Under the pieces are notes generated by a model. It worked only from the letters and a program-made list of their open reading frames with translations, had not been told where the DNA came from and ran no database searches. 64,000 bases of DNA from an uncultured Candidatus Rokubacteria bacterium (GTDB taxonomy: Bacteria; Methylomirabilota; Methylomirabilia; Rokubacteriales; CSP1-6): NCBI GenBank assembly GCA_963754315.1, contig CAVWFS010000019.1, positions 544,001-608,000 on the forward strand. The letters are read 5' to 3'. The position numbers and the translations under genes are program-made. The stretch's first letter is position 1. Every line of letters begins with the position of its first letter. Below, piece by piece: positions 9,833 through 18,627 of the stretch.

Positions 9833-12800
9833 TCAGCGGATCACTCGGTCCGCCCGCTGAAGCAGCGACTGGGGGATCGTCAGCCCCAGCGTCTTGGCCG
9901 TCTTGAGTAGGGTCGAGGACTGGCGCAAAGCTCCGTAGGCTCCCCTTGGCTGTATCCGCCGTTTCCAGCTTCGTGCCCGTTTAGGTTTGCCGTAAGCCGT
10001 TTCCAGCCCCCGCCACCTCAAACCCGGCGTGCCGATTTCCGGCACCGGGCTTTCCTGGACGCTTCGTGTCATGGGTTATGAGACCTATCGCCTGGGAGCG
10101 CTTTCAGGCCCGGCTCAGGTACCGCACACGGTAGTCTGCGAACAACCCGAGCGTGGTGTGCAGCCAGGCCGTACTCCACCTCTTCCAGCCGAAGCCCCGA
10201 CGATTCCTCGCCCCCATCAAATGGCGTCGAACCCTTCGCTCGACCCACTGCCTCACGAAGGCAAAGCACCGAGTCGCGTGCCCGATCCGGAAGTAGTTGA
10301 CCCAGCCCCGCAGTTTCGGGTTGATCTCCGCGATCAACGCCGCCACCGGCTGGGACCGGGCGCGTCGGAACACCTCCTTGAGCTCCTGCAGCAACGCCGT
10401 GCGCTTCTTCACCTTTGGCGTGTAGTGCGGCCGCCAGCGCCCCCGCAGCGAGCGGACGCGCCGGAAGTCGAAGCCCAAGAATCCGAAGCTCTCCCCCGAC
10501 TCAGATCCACAATCCGGCTCTTCTCCTCGTTCAGCCGCACATCGAGTTTGGCCAGCTCCTCTCGGAGCCGTTGGGCCACCGCCTCCACCAGCCAGTCCTG
10601 CCGACGGTCGTTATTCACGAGGATCACCAGATCGTCGGCGTAGCGCGCGTACTCTACGTACGTGTGTGCGCCCTTGCGCGTGACCTCTTTGGCCCGTTCC
10701 AGCATCGCATCTACCTCGGTGAGGTAGATGTTACTGAGCAGGGGGGAAATCACGCCGCCCTGAGGAACCCCGCGCTTGCCGGCGGCTTTCAGCATCAGCT
10801 TCAGCAAGTGCAAGATGTCTCGGTCGGTCACCCGGCGCGCGACTTTGGCGAGCAGCAAATCGTGCCGCACGCTGTCGAAGGAAACGGCCACACTCTACCC
10901 ACCTCGAAGGTTTCCCGCCGAGCGTCACGATCACCCGCCCACGCCATCCGTTCGAGGGTCAGGTCCTGGCCGTGCTCGGCTGGACGCACCGCCGTGATCA
11001 ACTGCATCTCGTCCTCGTCTTGCCCGATGGCAGCCGCTCGCTCGTCCCGGCCGCCTGGACCGACCTCAAGGACCCGGGCGCCGCAGTGACGGCGCCGCGG
11101 GCGCCCGCGATGCTCGCCGCGCTCGCCGATTTGCTCCAGGCGCGGCTGGTCGTCGATGCTCTTCTGCGTCGTCTCCCCAATTCCGGGGAGGCCCCGCCAC
11201 CAGCTGGCGCAGAGGAGGAGGGCCATCGTGCAATTGAGCCTGTCGCTTCTCGAGATCGCCGTCCCCGAAGCCCGCGTGTGGGAAGCTCTGACTCCGGACC
11301 AGCGTGCCGCCGTAATCGAGCTCCTCGGTCGCCTGGTCGCCAAAGCCGCCGTGGAGGCGCCGAGCGCCGCGGAGCGTCGCGATGAGTGACCCGAGCAAGG
11401 TCACGCCCAGTCATACGCATCGCGCCGCGGTGATCTATGTCCGGCAATCGAGCTCCGCGCAGGTCGAGCGCAATCGCGAGTCGACGGAGCGGCAGTATGC
11501 GCTCGTCCATCGCGCCGTCGACCTCGGCTGGCATCGTGAGCAGGTCACGATCATCGACGACGACTTGGGCCTCTCCGGCTCCGGCATCGTCAAGCGCGCG
11601 GGCTTCGCGCGGCTGGCCGCCGACGTCGCCCTGGCGCAGGTCGGCATCGTCTTGGGCCTCGAGGTCTCGCGGCTCGCGCGCAACAACGCCGACTGGTATC
11701 GCCTCCTCGATCTGTGCGGCATGACCGACACCCTGATCGGCGATGCCGATGGCGTGTACCACCCGGCCCTGTTCAACGACCGGTTGGTCCTCGGCCTCAA
11801 GGGCACGATGAGTGAAGCCGAGCTGCACATCCTCCGCGCCCGCCTCGACGGGGGCATCCGCAACAAAGCCGCTCGCGGCGAGTTGCGCCGCGGCTTGCCG
11901 GTCGGCTTCGTGTGGGGCGACCACGACGGCGAGGTCCGCTTCCATCCCGACCAAGCGGTGACCAGCGCCATCCGCGCCGCCTTCACCCGCTTCGCCGAAC
12001 TCGGCTCGGTGCGCCAAGTCTGGCTCTGGTTCCGCGCCGAAGGGCTGTCGTTCCCGTTGCAGACACACGGTGTCGAGGGCATCCGCTGGGTGGCGCCGAC
12101 GTACACCGCGCTTCACCATCTGCTCACCAATCCGGTATATGCTGGCGCCTACGTCTATGGTCGAACGCGCCGCGAGCGGTACGTCGCGCCGGATGGCACC
12201 ATCCAGCAGCGAAGCCGCCGGCTGCCGCGCGCCGAATGGGGCGTTCTCCTCCCCACCACCACGCAGGCTTCATCGACTGGGAGACGTACGACGCCAACCA
12301 GGCGCGCATCGATAGCAACGTCCATCCGCATCCCCACCTGCCGGGCGGCGCCGTGAGAGAAGGGGCCGCCCTGCTGCAAGGCCTCGCCACCTGCGGGCAC
12401 TGCGGTCGCCGGCTGCACACGCATTACAGCGGGCGCTCAGCCGCGCCGGGCTACCACTGCTCGGGCAAGGATCTCGTGGAGGGCCGCGGCGTCTACTGCC
12501 TCACCGTCGGCGGAATTCAGATCGACGAGGCCGTCACCACGGCCTTCCTCGCCGCCCTCACGCCGGCCGCCGTCGACGCCGCCCTCGTCGCCGCGCACCA
12601 ACTCGACGCCGATGATCAGACCGCTCTCGCGCAATGGCGGCTGGCGGTCGAGCGAGCGCGGTATGAAGCCGAACGCGCCGAGCGCCGGTATCGCACGGTC
12701 GAACCGGAAAATCGCCTGGTGGCGCGTGGGCTCGAAACCGAGTGGGAGCAACGCCTCCGGGATCTCGAACTCGCGCAGCGCGAGTTCGAGGCCCGCGAGC

Positions 12801-15590
12801 ATCAGCGGCGGCGCGCCCTTGGCCACATCGACGCCGATCGCCTCCGCGCCCTCGGCGAGGATCTCCGACGCGTCTGGACCGCTCCCACGACGACCGAGCG
12901 CGACAAGAAGGAGCTCCTGCGGGCCCTGCTGGAGGAGGTCGTGCTCGCCGTGGAACGCCACGAGCGCCGCGCGCACCTGACGCTGCGCTGGCGCGGGGGC
13001 ACCATCACCGAGCTTCACGTCAGCCTGCGCGCCAGTCCCCCTCGCATTCGAACCGACGAGGACAGCCTGGCGCTCATTCGCCGGCTCGCCCCGCACTACC
13101 CCGATGCCGTCATCGCCGGCATCCTCAATCGCCAAGGCAAACGCACCGCGCGCGGGGAACGCTTCACCGCGCTGCACGTCGGGTGTCTGCGTCGCTACCG
13201 CAACATCCCCAGGTGCGAGCCGGCGGCCGAGCGCACCGAGGGCGAACTGCTCACCATCAAGAAGGCCGCCGCGATCCTCGGTGTCGCGGCATCGACGCTC
13301 CACCGCTGGCTCACCGCCGGCATCATCGTCGGCGAACAGCTCACGCCCGCTGCCCCCTGGCGCATCCGCATGACCGACGAGCTGCGAGCGCGCTTCGTCG
13401 AAGACGCTCCTCCAGGCTACTTGCCGATGCTCGAAGCACGGCTGCGTCTCGGCGTGTCACGACAAACGGTGTTGCAGCGAGTAAAGCGCGGTGAGCTCGC
13501 CGCGGTCCACGTCCGCCGCGGACAGCGAAAAGGCTTGCGAATCAAGGTCGTGAGCGACCATCCCGACCTCTTTCACTCCACACCATGAATCGGAGGGCAA
13601 TATGTCGCCGCGTCCAAGTACGCCGCTAAATCAACGTCGATCACCCGCGTCTTGTTGCGCACGATGGCTTCGGCCACCCGGTCGACCGCCTGCTGGGCTG
13701 TCCGCTTCGGTCGGTACCCGTACGACCCGTCGTGAAAGTCCGCTTCGAAGATCGGCGCCACGATGAGGTTAAGCGCGCCTTGCACCACGCGGTCCCGAAT
13801 CGGCGGAATACCGAGGACGCGCACTCGTCCGTCGCCCTTGGGTATCTCGACGCGCCGGTTCCGCAGTGGCCGGTAGGTGTGGGAGACCAGTTCGTCCCGT
13901 AGTTGCGCCAGAAACGGTTCCACCCCGGCTCCCTCGATGGCCTCGAACGTCACGCCGTCAATCCCTGGCGCGCCGTCGTTCTGCTTGGCCGTCGCATACG
14001 CCGCGCGGAGCGTGTCCAGCTTGCCTACATGAACGTACAAGCCCCAAAACCGCCAGTCCTTCTCGGCCTTCGCCTTGACGTAGAGCCTCCGCCGCAGGTC
14101 TTGCAGACTGATGGGCGCTGTTGTCATCGCGCCCCTGCCTCCCCTATTGTCGGAGACGCTGCGCACCAGTAGGGCCCCTTCGCTCCACGGGCATTACCCC
14201 GCTTCCTCGCTACTGCGGGCCCCTCCGTCACCCTCTCGCCGCCCGCCCACTTCCCATCGCTGGTTATAGGGCGAACCTGGCTCCGCTGCTTTCGCAGTGG
14301 GGCGAGGAGGGCTTCTCCAGTCGCTCGACGTGTCCTGGTCACCGTGCCGTCGCTCTCACCCCGCCGGAGCGTCCCCTCGCGTCGGCCAGCTGCGAGGGGC
14401 CGTACTGCCTTCGCCTCTCAACCGTGAGGCTCGGCCTCCGGGGCTTTAGTCTTTCGGGGCCACCTGTGCGTTCACTTCCGTTACGGCCCGGGGACTCACT
14501 CACCATCCTTCCGATGGCTTGGTCGGTGGGCTTCAGAGTCTTGGTTTCCCGCCACCCTGCCACCCAAGTTACGGGGCTCTGGCTCTTACCCCGGCGGGAC
14601 TGACTCCCGCTGAACACGTCAGCTTTCTCTGGACGCACGGTTGATGACCAGCTCGAACTTCGTCGGCTGTTCAACGGGCAGGTCCGCCGGCTTGGCACCT
14701 CTCAGAATCTTGTCCGCTTGGATAGCGCCTCGGCGGAAGAGATCCGAGAGGTTGGCCCCATAGGACATGAGGCCGCCCCCGTCGGCGGCCTCCCTGAATG
14801 CGAATATTGCTGGCAGCCGACTCTTCAGCGCGAGCTCGACGATCCGCTTATGCTCACCATAGAACATTGGGCTCGGCAACACGACGAGCGCGCGGGCACG
14901 CTCTCTCGTCATCGCGGAGAACGCTCGGTCGAAGTCGTTGGCACTCCGGGCCTCTAGCAGTTGAAGCTGCACGCCTAACTTCTGGCCCGCAGCCTCCGTC
15001 TCCTTCAACATTTCTGTCATCGTGCGATCGCCGTATGCCCCTGGATGCCAGAGCGCAGCCACACGCGACACTCCAGGGATGGCCTCCTTGAGAAGTTCTA
15101 TGCGTTTGGGGACCAAAGCTGGCCCGAGGAAGGTCGATCCCGTGATGTTCCCGCCGGGGTGCGCGAGGCTGGCGACCACCCCGTCGTCAACAGGATCGCC
15201 CATAGCCGGTGCAATGACAGGGATCGTGACATTTGCGTGCTTGGCCGCCCGGGCCATGGGCGTTCCTCCTAGAACCAAGATCAGATCCACCTTAAGGCGC
15301 GTCAACTCTGCGAAGAGATCCGGGAGCCGCTCGGCCTTGCCCTGTGCCGACCGATACTCGATGACGATGTGCTGCCCTTCCACGTAACCAAGTTCGCGTA
15401 GCCCTCGCCGGAATGCGTCCAAGAGGTCGCGCTGAGGATGCTCGGAGGAGAAGGTTGTTAACACACCTATCCGCCGGAGCGTCTGACCTTGCTGCGCCTC
15501 TACGACGAGCGGCGCGGCGAGAAGAACGAAGGCGAAAATCGCGTTCGTGAGTCGGACCTTCGCCGCTCTGGTTCGCTCCTTCGATGTCAC
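9833..15590 (-). CDS. ABC substrate-binding protein (cassette gene) interrupted by a group II intron; exon 1 ~15590-14639, exon 2 9906-9833
   Basis: Joining the exons gives ...[31 protein letters not shown], in frame (AAC C|TC AAG) and matching the paralog C-termini. Confidence 0.92.
10020..10053 (-). ncRNA. Group II intron catalytic domain V
   Basis: AAAGCCCGGTGCCGGAAATCGGCACGCCGGGTTT: AGC triad, GAAA-type loop, AC bulge. Confidence 0.9.
10881..11385 (+). CDS. DUF5372 (Y4bD/Y4pK)-like protein, body only; its start lies at 13602-13618 at the other end of the element
   Basis: VTITRPRHPFEGQVLAVLGW...LVLPDGSRSLVPAAWTD; frame is open to the element end with no ATG before the conserved core; family assignment recalled, not searched. 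Confidence 0.75.
11228..11389 (+). CDS. 53-aa helical protein immediately upstream of the recombinase
   Basis: GAGGAGG RBS, GTG start, VQLSLSLLEIAVPEARVWEALTPDQRAAVIELLGRLVAKAA; stop overlaps the start of the recombinase gene. Confidence 0.65.
   Translation: MQLSLSLLEIAVPEARVWEALTPDQRAAVIELLGRLVAKAAVEAPSAAERRDE
11382..13588 (+). CDS. Large serine recombinase (resolvase + recombinase + Zn ribbon + coiled coil + C-terminal HTHs); frameshift in a C-run near 12250
   Basis: YVRQSS catalytic motif, EVSRLARN, LTNPVYAGAY, CGHCGRR...YHC, LTIKKAAAILGVAASTLHRW. Confidence 0.92.
13592..13604 (+). promoter_or_regulatory. RBS (GGAGG) and ATG pointing out of the element's right end
   Basis: GGAGG 13592-13596, ATG 13602, just after the recombinase TGA at 13586-13588; in frame with the DUF5372-like body across attP. 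Confidence 0.8.
14413..14430 (-). other. Intron EBS1 stem-loop
   Basis: Minus strand gcctc-ACGGTTGA-gaggc; loop GGTTGA pairs with IBS1 TCAACC. Confidence 0.8.
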
Positions 15591-15609
15591 TTTGGCCCTG
15601 CGGCTGTGC

Positions 15610-15669
15610 GGCGAACGTCCAGGCTGAGCGGCCGGCGTCACGCCGGTCCGCTCAAGCCTGCTGTTATGC
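15610..15669 (-). mobile_element. attC site
   Basis: Minus strand GCATAAC agcaggcttgagcggaccggcgtgacgccggccgctcagcctggac GTTCGCC; R'' exactly complements the upstream R' GTTATGC. Confidence 0.92.
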
Positions 15670-15720
15670 TGCCCCGAAGCTGACCCGGCACATGGCTTCT
15701 GACGTCTCCGGAGCGCCCAC

Positions 15721-16692
15721 TCATTGGATGACCTCGTCTGCCCGCTCCAGGAGCGACGGCGGGATGGTCAGGCCCAACGCTTTGGCGGTCTTGAGATTGA
15801 TTGTCAGCTCGAACTTCGCGGGCTGCTCCACAGGGAGATCAGCGGGATTGGCGCCCTTCAAGATCTTGTCCACGTAGGCGGCGGCACGCCGCCACAGGTC
15901 GGGGGTGCTGGTATGGTAGGACATGAGAACGCCAGCGATATTCCTCGGCCCCATCGTGGGCAAGCGGCTCTTGACCACGAGGTCCGCCATCCGCGCCTGG
16001 TTAAGGCTGAACATTCCGTCCCCGAGGATGAGAACTGCGCCGGCGCGCTCTCTGATCATCGCCGAAAATGCGTTCGCAAAGTCCTCCGGTCCTCGCGCCT
16101 CCAGCGCGTGAAGCTGGATCTTCAACGATCGCGCCGCGCGGCTCGCCTCGCTCATCAAGAATTCGTGAGACGAGTTGCCAGGGTTCGCGAGGATCGCGAC
16201 GCGGGACACATGAGGGACCGCTGCCTTCAGCAGTTCCATCTGCTTTCCGGCCATCTCGGAGCCTACGCTGGCGGACAACCCAGTGATGTTTCCCCCCGGC
16301 CGCGAGAGCTTGGCCACGAGCCCACTCTCCACCGGATCCGTGATGCCGATCATGACGATCGGGACCGTCCGAGTGGCTTGCTGGGCAGCAAGCGCGTTCT
16401 GGTTGGCGGGCACGACGATCACATCAACCTTGGACCGGGCGATTTCGATCGCGAAGGCGGGCAGGCGCTCATACTTTCCCTCCGAGACTCGCCACTCGAT
16501 CGTGATGTTCTGTCCCTCGACATAGCCGAGATCTCGAAGTCCCCGGATGAAGACTGCCCAGAGGTCGGGTTCGCCGAATCGGTAATTTGCCAGAATACCG
16601 ATCCGGAAGACTTTTCCCGACTGCTGTGCGCCCACGGCGAGCGGCAAGGCGATCAGGCCGCTCAGTAGCGTAATGAACTGACGTCGGCTCAT
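15721..16692 (-). CDS. ABC substrate-binding protein, cassette gene
   Basis: MSRRQFITLLSG leader; SRPGGNITGLS; KFELTINLKTAKALGLTIPPSLLERADEVIQ. Confidence 0.9.
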   Translation of the reverse strand: MSRRQFITLLSGLIALPLAVGAQQSGKVFRIGILANYRFGEPDLWAVFIRGLRDLGYVEGQNITIEWRVSEGKYERLPAFAIEIARSKVDVIVVPANQNALAAQQATRTVPIVMIGITDPVESGLVAKLSRPGGNITGLSASVGSEMAGKQMELLKAAVPHVSRVAILANPGNSSHEFLMSEASRAARSLKIQLHALEARGPEDFANAFSAMIRERAGAVLILGDGMFSLNQARMADLVVKSRLPTMGPRNIAGVLMSYHTSTPDLWRRAAAYVDKILKGANPADLPVEQPAKFELTINLKTAKALGLTIPPSLLERADEVIQ

Positions 16693-16728
16693 CGACGTGT
16701 CCCGCTCTGCCTCACTCGGTCGTTGTCG

Positions 16729-16800
16729 GCATAACGCGCACGATGCCCTGCGGCGGCTGAGCAACGCGAGGCCGGCGACAGGTCGATCGTGATGTTCGAC
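16729..16800 (-). mobile_element. attC site
   Basis: Minus strand GTCGAAC atcacgatcgacctgtcgccggcc...gccgccgcagggcatcgtgcgc GTTATGC, 19 bp after the hicA stop. Confidence 0.88.
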
Positions 16801-16818
16801 GCCCGGAAACACCTCCAG

Positions 16819-17043
16819 CTACAGCAAGGCGATGAAGTCGTCACGCTCGATCTCGCAATCCCGGAGGATTGCGGCCATCAGGCCCGGGCCAATGGTCTCA
16901 CCTGAGTGGACAGGTACAACCGTTCGGCGACCGTCGGCGTGACGCAGAAAGTAATGGCTGCCCTTGACCCTGGCGACGTCGAATCCAGCCTTCCTCAAGG
17001 CAGCGACTACCTCTCTGCCAGTGATTCGCGGAAGGCGAGTCAC
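16819..17043 (-). CDS. hicA: HicA-family toxin
   Basis: 74 aa; KGSH motif, TVVPVH. Confidence 0.9.
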   Translation of the reverse strand: MTRLPRITGREVVAALRKAGFDVARVKGSHYFLRHADGRRTVVPVHSGETIGPGLMAAILRDCEIERDDFIALL

Positions 17044-17252
17044 GCGACAGTGATCTTCTGGACACCGATGAAGTCGAGTGGCTCGACGCCTTCCTCTTGG
17101 ACTTCAAGACAGAGCTCAACTGCCTCCCGCACCCTGGCCATCAACTCGTCAAGCGACGTCCCCTGCGTATGACAACCCCGTAGAGCGGGAACGGAAGCGA
17201 CGTAGTAGCCCTCGGCATCCCGCTCGATAATCACGCTGAACTCCCGTGCCAT
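17040..17252 (-). CDS. hicB: HicB-family antitoxin (short form)
   Basis: 70 aa; YYVASVPALRGCHTQG; 4-bp overlap with hicA. Confidence 0.9.
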   Translation of the reverse strand: MAREFSVIIERDAEGYYVASVPALRGCHTQGTSLDELMARVREAVELCLEVQEEGVEPLDFIGVQKITVA

Positions 17253-17524
17253 CGGCTGCCCTCCGGAGGCGATTCTACGCCACGGCTCGAAGCTGTGCTT
17301 GGTGCGGCGAGCTACTATTCGGTCCGTGAATACACTGACCAGCGTAGCGTTCTAAACGCTGCAGCGAGGGTGCATGTAGCATCGGTCGCGCCTTCCAGTT
17401 CGCGTTTCGACAGTCCAGTGGTTCTGGCTACTTACGGGTTCTTCGCCCGCTCAGCCCGGTTGTGCTATCCAGCGAGGCGCCGCCGTGTAAGGCGTCGGAT
17501 ATCCTGGTCGGAACGGCTCGAATA

Positions 17525-18584
17525 TCACGCATCCAGCATCCCGTCTGGCGGGCTGCGCACGCCGGACGGGCCACGGTTCAGGACGTGCGTGTAGATCTGC
17601 GTCGTCGACACGTCGCGGTGACCTAGGAGTTCCTGGACGGTCCGGATGTCGCGGCCTTCCTCCAGCAAGTGCGTGGCGAACGAGTGGCGCAGCGCGCGGG
17701 GCCCGGCCCGCTTGGCAATCCCGGCGCGCCATACCGCCTGCTTCACGGCGCGCTGCAAGACCGACTCGTGCAGGTGATGGCGGCGATGCTCGCCCGTGAG
17801 CCGGTCGACATACGTTCGCGTCGCTGGGAAGACCCACTGCCACACCCCACTCCCGGCCCGTGTTCGGGTACTTGCGGGCGAGTGCCGTTGGCAGTTCCAC
17901 CCAGCCGGCACCGGCCTCGAGATCGCAGCGATGTTGCTCGTGGACGCGCTCTAGGTGCCGGGCGAGGTTCGGCTTCACTACGGCCGGCAGCATCGTCATG
18001 CGGTCCTTGTCGCCCTTGCCGCTCCGCACGACGATCTGGTTCGTCCCGAAATCCACGTCCTGGACGCGGAGGCGGCAGCACTCGAGGAGCCTGAGCCCGG
18101 CCCCATAGAGAAGAAACGCCATGACTCGCGGCGTGCCTTCGAGCCGGCGCAGCACGGCCCGCACTTCGTCCCGGGTCAGGACGACGGGCAAGCGCTGCGG
18201 GCGCTTAGCGCGGACGATCTCGTTCATCCACGGGAGATCGACTTCCAGGACCTTCCCGTACAGGAAGAGCAGGGCGCTCAACGCTTGGTTCTGCGTGGAC
18301 GCGGCGACCTTCCGGTCGACTGCGAGGGAGCTCAGGAAGCGCGTGACTTCGGGCGCCCCCATGTCGGCGGGGTGGCGCTTGTCGTGGAAGAAGATGTAGC
18401 GGCGGATCCACGCGACGTAGGCCTTCTCGGTGCGGCGGCTGTAATGCCTGGCGCGGATGGCTGCGCGGACGCGGTCGAGGAGTCGTGGCTTGGGCGCGCC
18501 GGTCGTCTCAGCCTCGCGGACACCTGCTTGCGTGCCCGGAACCGATCGATAAGCAACCGAAAGCGATGCACCCATTGTTGCCAC
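17525..18584 (-). CDS. intI: Integron integrase IntI (frameshift in a G-run near 17848; HxxR His replaced by Arg)
   Basis: [39 protein letters not shown], integron-specific insertion [35 protein letters not shown]. Confidence 0.93.
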
Positions 18585-18627
18585 GGCCGGAGCATACGTC
18601 GTCGTGCGTCGTCACGGCAAGCGTACG

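Larger units (their letters stand above)
10881..13618 (+). mobile_element. 2738-bp large serine recombinase integrative element with AAG core at both junctions (10878-10880 and 13616-13618)
   Basis: Removing it restores GCG TAC TTC GAC in the RT; the reconstituted attP is an imperfect inverted repeat centred on AA (tgtcgccgcgtcc-AA-ggaaacggccaca). Confidence 0.92.
10104..14127 (-). pseudogene. ltrA: Group II intron reverse transcriptase/maturase (no endonuclease domain), split by the recombinase element: 14127-13619 plus 10880-10104; G-run frameshift near 10495
   Basis: GAPGIDG, RVLGIPPIRDRVVQ, SYGYRP, VIDVDLAAY|FDSV, GVPQGGVISPLLSNIYL, RYADD, LRGWVNYF. Confidence 0.93.
9907..14638 (-). mobile_element. 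Group II intron (about 1994 bp without the nested element)
   Basis: 5' end GTGCG at 14638, 3' end CCCTAC at 9907; domain V at 10020-10053; EBS1 GGTTGA complementary to the 5' exon end TCAACC; RT/maturase ORF. Confidence 0.95.

Noticed and set aside
12240..12260. Programmed frameshift in the recombinase (likewise RT ~10495, intI ~17848)
   Set aside because: Each lies in a short C/G homopolymer, and similar breaks occur in many housekeeping genes, so sequencing error is the simpler explanation.
10104..14127. RT as a retron, DGR or defence RT
   Set aside because: It has a group II intron RT/maturase sequence with GTGCG...AC boundaries, domain V and EBS1/IBS1 pairing; no template/variable repeat pair was seen.
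14335..14341. CTGGTCA match to the 5' exon as EBS2
   Set aside because: It lies 3' of EBS1 in the intron RNA, the wrong side for EBS2; probably coincidental.
9907..14638. IIC-attC type intron
   Set aside because: The insertion is inside a coding sequence about 107 bp from the nearest attC, not in the attC.
17295..17345. attI site
   Set aside because: The position is plausible, but the candidate core reads GCTCGCC rather than GTTRRRY and cannot be confirmed by eye.
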